Below are positions 9,403-18,542 of a DNA stretch of 64,000 nt, piece after piece. The stretch lies in the sequence record NC_070998.1. One strand, 5' to 3'. Position 1 is the first letter of the stretch. Each line of letters opens with the position of its first letter. The notes beneath the pieces were generated by a model. The model searched no databases, was not told the DNA's origin, and was given only the letters and a program-made list of their open reading frames with translations. Both the position numbers and the translations under genes were made by a program.

Positions 9403-9781
9403 TCCAGCACCAATTAAAGAAAATAACTTAGAAGTGATAAGTCATCACTTTCTATTACCACGATTATACAAACCAGTGTTTACACCACAAGCTGTTTTAA
9501 ACGAATGGTTGGTATTTTCCCTTGGTTCTTCTATATTAGATTGTCGAGGTTCTTCTTTTTGTTTCATGTCTAGTGCTTTTGATAGTATTCTAGAAACCAT
9601 TGATCCAGGCGATATCGACATAATCAATGAGATTATAGAGGAACTACAAGAGCAACATGAGCTGTTATTTTCTGATCATGTTTTTCAATCAATCTGTTTT
9701 AGTAATTTAGAGTTTTATAAGTTTAGTTATGAGTTGTACTCAACTTCCGGTAGAATCTTATTTCACGTAGATGAAGACTGA
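9377..9781 (+). CDS. Hypothetical acidic protein, 134 aa
   Basis: GTAGGAG upstream; overlaps previous gene. Confidence 0.7.
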   Translation: MVISVRSFNPAPIKENNLEVISHHFLLPRLYKPVFTPQAVLNEWLVFSLGSSILDCRGSSFCFMSSAFDSILETIDPGDIDIINEIIEELQEQHELLFSDHVFQSICFSNLEFYKFSYELYSTSGRILFHVDED

Positions 9782-9815
9782 TTCCTTAACTAACCTAATT
9801 AAAAGAGTATAGACA

Positions 9816-10328
9816 ATGAACGCAATTAACCAAACACTCCCCGTGGAACCTTTAACCATATTTACAAACCCAGCTCCTGTAATGTTTAAACTTAACAGTT
9901 GTGATCTTTCTGATTACTTCGAGGGGTACAACTCAGAACAAACTCTTATTGCCCTTGAGGGAGCTTTAAACATTATCTTTAATCCAGATATTCTTCTAGC
10001 CAGAGTTGATGACACATTAACTACTGTTGAAGATCTAGGTTGGGATAGTGTTGAGAATACCATAACTTCTGAAACGGTATTTAAATTAGTTAATCAACAT
10101 GATAGTTATACCGCAATGACACATGAGGAGTTAACAGATGCCTTTGCTAACTCCTTTGACTCAATTGTAAATAAACTATCCGAGGATATCACAGGTGATC
10201 ACTTTAACTCTGATGTCTCAACTATATACTCAGAAATGGGAACGTTTAATAGCATTACTGTAAACTCTTATCTGTACGAAGAGAGAAGTAATGTATTAAG
10301 AGTATACCTTACTTTCAATATGTACTGA
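9816..10328 (+). CDS. Hypothetical acidic protein, 170 aa
   Basis: AAGAG upstream; ends just before a terminator. Confidence 0.75.
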   Translation: MNAINQTLPVEPLTIFTNPAPVMFKLNSCDLSDYFEGYNSEQTLIALEGALNIIFNPDILLARVDDTLTTVEDLGWDSVENTITSETVFKLVNQHDSYTAMTHEELTDAFANSFDSIVNKLSEDITGDHFNSDVSTIYSEMGTFNSITVNSYLYEERSNVLRVYLTFNMY

Positions 10329-10336
10329 ACATACAT

Positions 10337-10376
10337 AAGTTCCCTACCTAACCTTGATTGGTTAGGTAGGGAACTT
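10337..10376 (+). terminator. Intrinsic terminator, CTACCTAACC family
   Basis: AAGTTCCCTACCTAACC-TTGATT-GGTTAGGTAGGGAACTT, 17-bp perfect stem. Confidence 0.85.
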
Positions 10377-10473
10377 TAATTTACTTTTTCTATTTACTGA
10401 CCAAGGATTTCTTTGTCACAAATACCTTTTACTACCCCAGACGTTTATAGTTAAAGGGATATAAATCCCTACT

Positions 10474-10507
10474 CTATAATTTCTCAGACAGATATAATCC
10501 CAATGCA
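10474..10507 (+). promoter_or_regulatory. Putative early promoter, degenerate copy
   Basis: CTATAATTTCTCAGACAGATATAATCCCAATGCA aligns ungapped with the other copies; 32 nt before the HNH start. Confidence 0.55.
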
Positions 10508-10539
10508 TCACTACCAGGTGTAAACAAAAGGACCATATA

Positions 10540-11865
10540 ATGAGTGAAAATAATTACGTTTCAGTAGATGCTGAATTAACCGATGTATACAAGCCTCTGA
10601 CAGATATCTTAGGTTTGCAATACGATGGCGCTATGAGTTACGAAGAACGAGTTCAAAAACGTTACAATTACGTTAAAGAGCAATTGGAACTAGATCCTAA
10701 CTATGAAGGATGGGATTGGGTAGAATACTGCGGTTCTGCTAACTCCACGGCTAAGGATCATGAATTTAAGCTGACGCGTTCAGTTGTTTCTATGATAAGT
10801 ACCAAGGGTAAGTTAGCAACTAAATGTTCGGGAAAAGGAATGTCGGTTTCCTTAGGATCGATATCTGGTAGATACCTCAGAACAACGTTCCAAAACTTAA
10901 ACGGGAAATATATTAAGGCTTATATCCATCGGATTATCGGATGTACATTTAAACCAATACCGGACAAATATAAGGATAAAGAAATTAGAGATCTCATAGT
11001 TAATCACGATGATGGCAACCGAACTAGAAACCTATTATCAAACGTGTCGTGGATGACACAGCAGGAAAATCTATTACACGCAGTAGAAATAGGTAAGATC
11101 CCTTCCGGGTTTGGACACGCTGAATCACTAAAGGCGACGTTTACTGTTCCCGGTGAACATTACGGAGAAACCTTTTTGCTCAACGGCTATAACCAAGCAA
11201 ATGAATTCGGGATTTGCTACCATACGGTAAGGTCAGCCGCATTGAAAAATAAGAATACACTATTTTGCGACTGGGAGGTAGCAGTATGCGAGGATATAGT
11301 AGAAACACCTATTTCTCCGCCAGATTGGTATAGTATCTATATCAAGGAACATCAAGATGAACGCATGAAGAAATATTTGGATAAGGATAAGAATACAGAC
11401 ACTTTCAAAGGTACTGAAGTCTTCACTGGTGTAGAAACATTAACAGATATTTTAAACATAGATTATGACGAGACAACCTTAGATGAACGTGCTAAAATAA
11501 GAAAGGCGTACATAGATCTTCACCCAAACGTAGTACATTGGGAGTTTATGGAATACATCCCAGGGAAGGCATATGCTAGAGAAAACACAACTACACCACC
11601 TTGGAGAACTGAAAGTGTGGTTATCAGCACGGATGGAGAAGTAGGTAAAGTAAATTTAAAAGGTGAAGTTTTTACTAGGGGTGGTCCCAGTGGCGGGTAT
11701 TATAAGTTCGTCCAAAAGTTTGGTGACTATCCCCAGGAACACATAACGATACACAGGGCAATGGCTTCTACGTTTATACCAGTTCCTGACGGATGTAAAC
11801 TTAAAGCAAAGTTAGCGGATAATGATAATAAAAATTTGACTTTAGACAATATTTACTGGGAGTAA
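10540..11865 (+). CDS. Free-standing HNH homing endonuclease with a second degenerate module
   Basis: YIHRIIGCTF...IVNHDDGNRTRNLLSNVSWMTQQENLLH is an intact HNH; the N-terminal LTDILG...EY module recurs at aa 301. Confidence 0.88.
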   Translation: MSENNYVSVDAELTDVYKPLTDILGLQYDGAMSYEERVQKRYNYVKEQLELDPNYEGWDWVEYCGSANSTAKDHEFKLTRSVVSMISTKGKLATKCSGKGMSVSLGSISGRYLRTTFQNLNGKYIKAYIHRIIGCTFKPIPDKYKDKEIRDLIVNHDDGNRTRNLLSNVSWMTQQENLLHAVEIGKIPSGFGHAESLKATFTVPGEHYGETFLLNGYNQANEFGICYHTVRSAALKNKNTLFCDWEVAVCEDIVETPISPPDWYSIYIKEHQDERMKKYLDKDKNTDTFKGTEVFTGVETLTDILNIDYDETTLDERAKIRKAYIDLHPNVVHWEFMEYIPGKAYARENTTTPPWRTESVVISTDGEVGKVNLKGEVFTRGGPSGGYYKFVQKFGDYPQEHITIHRAMASTFIPVPDGCKLKAKLADNDNKNLTLDNIYWE

Positions 11866-11869
11866 ATTT

Positions 11870-11900
11870 AACCACGTGTCTCTAGAAGAGACACGTGGTT
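11870..11900. terminator. Bidirectional terminator between HNH and vRNAP genes
   Basis: AACCACGTGTCTCT-AGA-AGAGACACGTGGTT, A/T-rich flanks. Confidence 0.8.
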
Positions 11901-11904
11901 TTTA

Positions 11905-13209
11905 TTACTTAACTATTTTTGTTATATCAATCTTAACCATCTTCAGTTGTGACATGTGGATACTTTTCATGCGGCCTAACATGATGTGGGTGAAGATAAG
12001 AACTGTTTCGGCAGAAACACGGTTTTGAATAGCACCAAGTTTTTCTCCGCAGCAAACCTTACAAAGGTTAAAGTCACCTTGTTCGCAGAACTGTGGAACT
12101 CTAAATTGCAGTGGTTTACCTAACAGTGCTTTATCGGCTTTAGTCAATACCTTTAGACCATCAGCGGTTTTATAATAACCACCTACCCAAGATCCGAAAC
12201 TAAAATCATTAAGCGTTACTGTTTCCGTTCTCGGGGTTTGACAATCTGTATCAATAGCTTCTATACGGTCAGTAAGAAGAATCATTACCTTAACTTCTGC
12301 GCCACCTTCACCTGTTGCATTGCCACGGTCATAAGAACCAGAAATAGCCGTATTTATATAAGCGGGATAGTTATCTTTATCCCAACCTTCATTCAACGAG
12401 TTACGAAGTAGCTGATACTTCCCGGTGTTGAAATCAGGAACCATATCAAAAACAACAAACATTTTCTTACGGGCGTTATCAATGAACTTCTTATCAATGA
12501 AGAAGTCTTTAGATGGACCGTTGTATTGAATAGAAGCATCAAGCGCTACAACTTCATCAATGACTTTAGCTACAGCTGCTGCATCATTGAGCTTATTCTC
12601 TTTCTCTAGTTCATTAAGTAACTTGTCTCGAAGCTTGATTACATCAGGATGTACTGTAAGAACATCTAGGGAAGATGCTTTAACAAATACATCATTAAGA
12701 CCTTCTAAGTAATCAAGGTTCTTGGTGATGTTAAGACATTGTGTTACAGAAGCTTTATCAGAGGGAATAGTTTCACCTTCTTTAGGATCATCTACCATGA
12801 TAGAGTCAATTAGACCACGTACTGTACCAGAGGTAATTGGTCCATTGATATAGCTTGCTGCATGTCCAACTGATTCGAAGAAAACTACTAAGTTGACTAA
12901 TAACAATCCTACTGTAGTTTCAATCTTCTCTTTAATGAATTCATGAACTGACATATCGACAGTGATTTTGTCGTTCTTATTAAATAGTGCTTTATCGTAC
13001 TCTGCGTGTTCTATAACGACTTTCTTACCTTCTTTAAGGAAATATACTTCCTTGGTGTCAGGATCGCGTAGAAGCGCATAAGGGATTGTTTTGAGCTTGT
13101 TATTGTTAGCTACAGAAGGAGTTACAATAGAGAATACTGAAAGTAGAAATGATTTACGATTGTAAGCTCTATTATTAATTGCTTCAAAGAGATAATCAAA
13201 CTTGTTCAT
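11905..13209 (-). CDS. rpoC: Virion RNA polymerase beta' subunit fragment (phiKZ gp80-like)
   Basis: SGSYDRGNATGEGGAEVK bridge-helix equivalent; DCQT and PQFCEQGDFNLCKVCCG zinc site; HIMLGRMKSIH trigger-loop equivalent. Confidence 0.85.
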   Translation of the reverse strand: MNKFDYLFEAINNRAYNRKSFLLSVFSIVTPSVANNNKLKTIPYALLRDPDTKEVYFLKEGKKVVIEHAEYDKALFNKNDKITVDMSVHEFIKEKIETTVGLLLVNLVVFFESVGHAASYINGPITSGTVRGLIDSIMVDDPKEGETIPSDKASVTQCLNITKNLDYLEGLNDVFVKASSLDVLTVHPDVIKLRDKLLNELEKENKLNDAAAVAKVIDEVVALDASIQYNGPSKDFFIDKKFIDNARKKMFVVFDMVPDFNTGKYQLLRNSLNEGWDKDNYPAYINTAISGSYDRGNATGEGGAEVKVMILLTDRIEAIDTDCQTPRTETVTLNDFSFGSWVGGYYKTADGLKVLTKADKALLGKPLQFRVPQFCEQGDFNLCKVCCGEKLGAIQNRVSAETVLIFTHIMLGRMKSIHMSQLKMVKIDITKIVK

Positions 13210-14080
13210 CTAGTTTAACCTTTTCCAATAGAGTTTGTGCTTTGTAAATCTCATCTATGTTTTCTGCCACTTCTTCTAACAAAGCGTAATACTGGGATTT
13301 GATTTGACCGTCAGTAAGATCAGAGATAAGCATCAGAGAAAGAACTTGCTTAAAGTAATCTAGTTTGTTCTCAGTGAGTTTAATCCCAAGATCAGAAACA
13401 AACAAGGTCATTAATACTTCTAGGGAGAGTGTAGAAGCCCCACCTTTCGTAATGTGTTCCCAAGCTAAGGTTTCTCTAAGAAACTCTTTATTAGCTTGTA
13501 CACGACGCTTAATGGTAGGTTCCATATATTCAGTGTCATCATTATCTAGGATATTCAAACCAATAAGAATACCTTTGGTAACGTTAGGAGAAACCTCCTT
13601 AATCATATAAGGGAAGTTTTCTAAATCGTAATTTGGTTCAACACGTTCAATGACGCGAATGAAACGCTCTTTAGCATCAATCAATTCGTCATCTAGAATC
13701 TCTACCAATTGCATGAGATCGTCCATTCCATCTAACGTATATATGGTGTCTAAAATGTGGACAAGATCTTTCAAGCTATCTGGTGAAACATAATCGTAAT
13801 CAATGATAATTCCCATCATCTGTAAACAATCTACTATGCTGTCGATCAGAAGTTTTCTGATATGCATAACAGTGTCAGATGTTTCAAGGGATTCATCAAT
13901 TAGGATATTGGTAATTTGAATATCGTTTCCATTCTCAGGAAGTGAGATAGAAATTAAGTTATACGCATCCTTGAATAATATAGCTGCTTCAGGCATTAGC
14001 CTTGCAGCAAAATCCTGCCACATCTCGCCTAAATTTTCTACAGCAAGATTTCTGTCTCCAAGATCAATTATCTCAGACAT
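13196..14080 (-). CDS. Conserved acidic helical protein, probable virion component
   Basis: 294-aa ORF overlapping the vRNAP gene start; late-like motif upstream. Confidence 0.8.
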   Translation of the reverse strand: MSEIIDLGDRNLAVENLGEMWQDFAARLMPEAAILFKDAYNLISISLPENGNDIQITNILIDESLETSDTVMHIRKLLIDSIVDCLQMMGIIIDYDYVSPDSLKDLVHILDTIYTLDGMDDLMQLVEILDDELIDAKERFIRVIERVEPNYDLENFPYMIKEVSPNVTKGILIGLNILDNDDTEYMEPTIKRRVQANKEFLRETLAWEHITKGGASTLSLEVLMTLFVSDLGIKLTENKLDYFKQVLSLMLISDLTDGQIKSQYYALLEEVAENIDEIYKAQTLLEKVKLDEQV

Positions 14081-14113
14081 AAGTCATGTTTCCATTCTGT
14101 TATTAAAGGAGTT

Positions 14114-14121
14114 CATAACAT
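14114..14121 (-). promoter_or_regulatory. Putative late promoter ATGTTATG
   Basis: Plus-strand CATAACAT, 33 nt before the 14080 start; ends in TATG like phiKZ late promoters. Confidence 0.4.
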
Positions 14122-14812
14122 GAGCAAAAAGGCCCAACAAAATGCAGCTGCAAAACGTGCGCGTCGTAACACTGCAAGTAAAGTAAAACGCAGTGATCGT
14201 AACGCAAAAGGTGTTAAGGTTTTGCCAGGTCGTAGACCCACACATAGCAATGAAGCACTGACTGCATTGGCACAAGCTCTCTCTCGTTCTAATCTTGATG
14301 ACCCCCTCCAGTATATTCTCGATGGTGGCAAAGGTGAAGGTGAATTCAATCCAGAGTCATTGATCAAAACCTCACGTAAAGCCGTAACTGAAGTTTACAA
14401 GCTGTTTAGTTATGTGACACTGGCTGAACGTTTGGTACAACAGAAAGCTTTTGTACATGAATTTACTTGTGATCTGGATCGTGTCACTAACGAGCTGATC
14501 GAAATTGACCGTCAGGTTATACGTTTGCCTAAACTTGCAGAAATCGATTTGGAGTCGTTCACCATCGATATGCTTGATATTGGTGGTTATGTAGAAAACC
14601 TTGCTGATCAACTTTACTCAGAAATTGAAGCACTTGAGAAACATAGTTACGTTATTGAAGACCGTCTCAATAAGGCAGCGCATGATTTCCAAGTCTCCCA
14701 CCCGGAAGTTACCGAACAGGATGCACGCCTGGTAATCATGGAAACCATTTCTCAGGAACGTGTTAATAAATTCCGTCAACTGCAACAACAAGCCGAAACT
14801 GCTGAGGTTTAA
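14120..14812 (+). CDS. Hypothetical protein with a highly basic N-terminal arm and helical body
   Basis: AAAGGAG SD; MSKKAQQNAAAKRARRNTASKVKRSDR. Confidence 0.85.
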   Translation: MSKKAQQNAAAKRARRNTASKVKRSDRNAKGVKVLPGRRPTHSNEALTALAQALSRSNLDDPLQYILDGGKGEGEFNPESLIKTSRKAVTEVYKLFSYVTLAERLVQQKAFVHEFTCDLDRVTNELIEIDRQVIRLPKLAEIDLESFTIDMLDIGGYVENLADQLYSEIEALEKHSYVIEDRLNKAAHDFQVSHPEVTEQDARLVIMETISQERVNKFRQLQQQAETAEV

Positions 14813-14814
14813 TA

Positions 14815-16449
14815 ATGTCTGAAGAAATTCAAACCCAAGAGTCCACTAAACCTATTAAACGGATTAAACCTGTCGAATATCTCCGAGAAGCCATCATCCA
14901 GGGTAAAGAAGCTAATCAAGCTTATTCTCTTCCTTTGTTCCTCGGTAGCTTGACTTCTCAACACGAAGCCATCCTTACCACTGCCACTGTATATGCGCAA
15001 CTTAAACAGGTTGACGACGACATTAACAGTGGGAATAGTAATATCTCTGAAAGCGTCCGTAACTCATTACGGGTTAAATTTGAAGAACTGCAAGAGAAAC
15101 ATTTCCCAGAAGTAGATCAAGATGAACTTGGAGTAATGTTGATCAACTACTTCCAGTTCTATCAACGTGGTTTGGATCGCGTACTTGCTCGAGAAGATAA
15201 TCAAGAGTTCATCGATCCATCTGTTCTGATGAATACTTTCCCATTCCGCAATGAACGTATTGGGATTATCAACCCGATTAAACCTCAAGTGAAAGCCAAG
15301 GACTCCGTACGCGACCGTATGCGTCGCAGTAAGCTTAAACTTGCTAATGAACCTGATACCTTCTCCCTGATGTTGGTTAACTCCCGCGTCTTCTTGAAGA
15401 TGAAAGTTCCTACTCCATTGGATATGGTTCTTCTCATTAACAAGATCACTACTGAGCTTAAGGGTTACGGAGAGCGTTATCGTGTCTCCTCCATGCATCT
15501 GGAACGAGCACTAATTACTCGTATCCTTGTGACCTTCATGTTGGAACGCGCCACCTATTGGTCTGTTGCGGATATTCTTGATGCAGAAGAACTGTTCAAC
15601 ATCATCAAGTTCGAAGACGTTGGTATTATTGCAACTACTCTTCTTGCCAACGCCGCTCCCAAGGGTGTGAGTTACACCATCTCCTGTTTGGCTGATAAGT
15701 GCGATTATAACGAGACCAATCTGATTGATCCAGCTAACCTTGTGGTTTATGACGATATTCGTCTACCGCAAGTTTATAAAGATCAAATTAGTGCGATCTT
15801 GAATACTGGTAAGAAGTTTACCATTGAAGAACTCAAAGCTTCAGATGTTCCCTACACTGACTTTGAAGGCAATCCAATCGATACTGTTGTTAAACATGAT
15901 AACGGCGCTGGCGAAGTTCATATCAAGTCACCTTATCTGGCTGATTACTTTACCTGCTTTGATAACATGGCCGAGCAGATCAACCCAGAACTTCGTGAAC
16001 TTGCTGTACAATTCCCTAATCAGAAAGTGTACGCAACTAAACGCGCTGAGGTAATGGGCTCTATCCGTATGGCCGAATATCTTCAGTGGTTTGATAAAAC
16101 CGTTACGTTGCCGGAACCTGGCGAAGATGGAGAACCTGAAGTAATTAGTCGTCAGGAAGATCCTAAAGGGTTTGATCAAGGTCTGCTTGATATGTTCAAT
16201 AGCGATGATAACTTGCTGCGCGATGCGCTGGATAAAGTCATTAAGAGTGTGCCTAAGTTGACCTATGTCTACATTGGTATTCCTGACGATCATTGTCCTA
16301 AGTGCAAAACTCGCGCTAATGATGTAATCAAGGAGATTAATGGAGGTTTCACTCCTATTGATCCAATTCTGAATTTTTTCGACCATACCCGGATGTTGAT
16401 AGCGATGCGACGAGATCTCGTGACTTTACAAGAGGAAATTCTTTCCTAA
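14815..16449 (+). CDS. Putative tail/baseplate assembly chaperone (gpG or T4 gp26-like), 544 aa
   Basis: CLADKC and HCPKC cysteine pairs; near-terminal PILNFF on a slippery heptamer; function inferred from architecture only. Confidence 0.6.
   Translation: MSEEIQTQESTKPIKRIKPVEYLREAIIQGKEANQAYSLPLFLGSLTSQHEAILTTATVYAQLKQVDDDINSGNSNISESVRNSLRVKFEELQEKHFPEVDQDELGVMLINYFQFYQRGLDRVLAREDNQEFIDPSVLMNTFPFRNERIGIINPIKPQVKAKDSVRDRMRRSKLKLANEPDTFSLMLVNSRVFLKMKVPTPLDMVLLINKITTELKGYGERYRVSSMHLERALITRILVTFMLERATYWSVADILDAEELFNIIKFEDVGIIATTLLANAAPKGVSYTISCLADKCDYNETNLIDPANLVVYDDIRLPQVYKDQISAILNTGKKFTIEELKASDVPYTDFEGNPIDTVVKHDNGAGEVHIKSPYLADYFTCFDNMAEQINPELRELAVQFPNQKVYATKRAEVMGSIRMAEYLQWFDKTVTLPEPGEDGEPEVISRQEDPKGFDQGLLDMFNSDDNLLRDALDKVIKSVPKLTYVYIGIPDDHCPKCKTRANDVIKEINGGFTPIDPILNFFDHTRMLIAMRRDLVTLQEEILS
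16374..16380 (+). other. Putative -1 programmed ribosomal frameshift site T TTT TTC
   Basis: In-frame AAT TTT TTC; the -1 frame is open from 16362 to TAA at 16886 and is the frame of ORF 16527. Confidence 0.72.
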
Positions 16450-16886
16450 GTAGCGATCAGTCCGGTCAGCTCCAACCAAGGTTCAAAGAGCAGAGTGATA
16501 AACTGCTCTTTGAAACCTACACCAACATGCCACAAAGTAAATTAGAGTTGTTGATTACAGAACGTAGAGCTTACATGATGAAGTTTGGTTGGGTTGCTGA
16601 TAGAGAACCCTTAAGTAACACAATCAAATATAATCGAGCTCGCAGAGACTCTAGTCATCAGTTCAGTGCGGCTGGAGTTGGAGAGATGTTCGGGTTTAGA
16701 GAATATGGCGAAATCTTACCTCTTAAAGATTTTCTGACTCTTCCGTGTAATGTATTAGAAGATATCATCGATTCTGTGGCCGTTGGTAAACGCAAAGCAA
16801 AAGAAGTCGCTGACCGTATGACCAAGAAAAACAAAGCCATCCCAGAGGCGGAACAACTTCTAAAACAACTTGAGAATAAGGATTAA
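16380..16886 (+). CDS. -1 frame extension (gpT or T4 gp51-like); fusion product about 690 aa
   Basis: Track ORF 16527-16886 lacks an SD; its frame runs without stops back to the slippery site; LPLKDFLTLPCNVLE resembles GT-type tails (inference). Confidence 0.68.
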   Translation, partial: RPYPDVDSDATRSRDFTRGNSFLSSDQSGQLQPRFKEQSDKLLFETYTNMPQSKLELLITERRAYMMKFGWVADREPLSNTIKYNRARRDSSHQFSAAGVGEMFGFREYGEILPLKDFLTLPCNVLEDIIDSVAVGKRKAKEVADRMTKKNKAIPEAEQLLKQLENKD

Positions 16887-16888
16887 CA

Positions 16889-17437
16889 ATGTCTAAAGCG
16901 CACGTCCCACCTGTAGTGGAACAAAACAAAACTGCCGTAGCGCAGCAACAAGCCGTTGTCGAGAAAATGGATACAAGTGTTATGGTCCCTACTGAGAAGG
17001 TACCTACTACACCCGCTACCATTTACCAAAATGGGATTGATAACTTTGTAAAGTTTATCAAGGGTGAATTTAAATCTGCTAGTTTGCAAGAACGTAGCAA
17101 CTATCAATGCGAGTTTATGGGTACGATCGTCCAGATGCTCTCTATTGACTCTGAGGAAGTAACCAAGGTACTTAACCACTTTATCGGAGTGATTCTCAAC
17201 AACCCTGTGCAGTTTGGTCAAAGTGAAATCTTTGCTCCACTGTACGTAGTTGAGAAAGAGAAAATGAAATCTGCTGACGAGATCCTTCGTTATAAGCAGT
17301 TCATGACTTTTATGGTGAGTTTGGCTAAGAACGCTCAGAACCGTCAACGTTTTGTAGCTAATGTTGATATGCGTAAACTGTTGAGTTACTTCCCTAAGAA
17401 AGCAGCTGACAATCTGCAAGAGTATTGTTTCCGTTAA
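16889..17437 (+). CDS. Conserved hypothetical helical protein, 182 aa
   Basis: TAAGGA SD; 2 nt after the previous stop. Confidence 0.85.
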   Translation: MSKAHVPPVVEQNKTAVAQQQAVVEKMDTSVMVPTEKVPTTPATIYQNGIDNFVKFIKGEFKSASLQERSNYQCEFMGTIVQMLSIDSEEVTKVLNHFIGVILNNPVQFGQSEIFAPLYVVEKEKMKSADEILRYKQFMTFMVSLAKNAQNRQRFVANVDMRKLLSYFPKKAADNLQEYCFR

Positions 17438-17446
17438 TACATAAAT

Positions 17447-17478
17447 AACCTACCTAACCGTAATTGGTTAGGTAGGTT
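17447..17478. terminator. Bidirectional terminator, CTACCTAACC family
   Basis: AACCTACCTAACC-GTAATT-GGTTAGGTAGGTT. Confidence 0.85.
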
Positions 17479-17486
17479 TATGTTTG

Positions 17487-18410
17487 TTATTTGGAGATCA
17501 ACTCACGAACCCCTTCCATTACTTGGTTGATTTTAATAATTTTGGCATCACAATAATTAATTAAACTTGTTAGGTTATTAGATACAGCAACCAATTTCTT
17601 ACATAAAGATTTAACCTTATCAGAATGAAGATTAGACTCTATATCGGAACTATTTTCTTGCCTTTTAGCTAGTTCATTATTGTGTTCAAGATCTTTAGTA
17701 ACTTCGGCCAGGGTCTCGGTAACTATCGCTCTCATCTTACTAAATAATTTTTGTAATTCAACGAGTGGGGGAGTTGCTTCAAAAATGCTAACTCGCTCGT
17801 TATTTTCGTTATAAAAGTATTTAGTTGCATGTTTTTCAGTTATTACGCCAATGCGACTATTTATCTCTTCCAATTGTGCCGCTTTAGATCTTAGATCTGA
17901 TATGGAGATCCCTGGTATTTCCTTTAACCTAGATCCTACAATCCCTGTAGTAAACATATCTTCACTGTATTTGCGTGTAAAGGTCTCGCATTTGTCAGTT
18001 TCTAACTTAATTTTTTCATTATCCATTAATCTTTCAATGCGACTCCTTTCCAATCGATAAGGATCAAAATCCTTATCATTCCGTTTACCCATAATTTCCT
18101 TGCTGACTTTCTCAGTATTTTTTACAGCGTCATCAATCACTTTAGCTTGTTTAGAGCCTTTACTACCAAAGAAGAAATCACGTATTGCTTTAATAAAGTT
18201 TTTAATCATTTCATAAACTTTAGTAGCGCCAGCTTTAACAGAAGACATGAACCCTTCTGTTCCAGATCGGTGTTTAAAATCAACACCGTTGAGTTTAAGA
18301 ACTGTTTTAGCATAAACTGAATCTGGTGATTCTAGATCACCATTAGACAGGGATTCAAAACCATTCAAAGTACTTAATACATGTTCTAAATTATCAATAT
18401 TAACATTCAT
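17487..18410 (-). CDS. Internal-head-protein paralogue of 40000-40893
   Basis: YAKTVLKLNG...GTEGF...IRDFFFGSKGSKQ aligns with YAMTVLKLRG...GCESW...IKEFFFGEGEKQ. Confidence 0.8.
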   Translation of the reverse strand: MNVNIDNLEHVLSTLNGFESLSNGDLESPDSVYAKTVLKLNGVDFKHRSGTEGFMSSVKAGATKVYEMIKNFIKAIRDFFFGSKGSKQAKVIDDAVKNTEKVSKEIMGKRNDKDFDPYRLERSRIERLMDNEKIKLETDKCETFTRKYSEDMFTTGIVGSRLKEIPGISISDLRSKAAQLEEINSRIGVITEKHATKYFYNENNERVSIFEATPPLVELQKLFSKMRAIVTETLAEVTKDLEHNNELAKRQENSSDIESNLHSDKVKSLCKKLVAVSNNLTSLINYCDAKIIKINQVMEGVRELISK

Positions 18411-18442
18411 TTACTTTATTTCCATTTAGTTAAATACAAAAC

Positions 18443-18492
18443 ATTTAAGATCCATAGATTTTTAAACCTATATTACTAGAGTGTATAAACAT
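18443..18492 (+). repeat. 50-bp promoter-containing repeat, copy 1 (49/50 identical to 57236-57285)
   Basis: ATTTAAGATCCATAGATTTTTAAACCTATATTACTAGAGTGTATAAACAT; contains TATATTAC. Confidence 0.95.
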
Positions 18493-18542
18493 AAGAGATT
18501 CTTTAATCTCTTCAACCTTTAAGTATAGAGAAGGAATGTATC

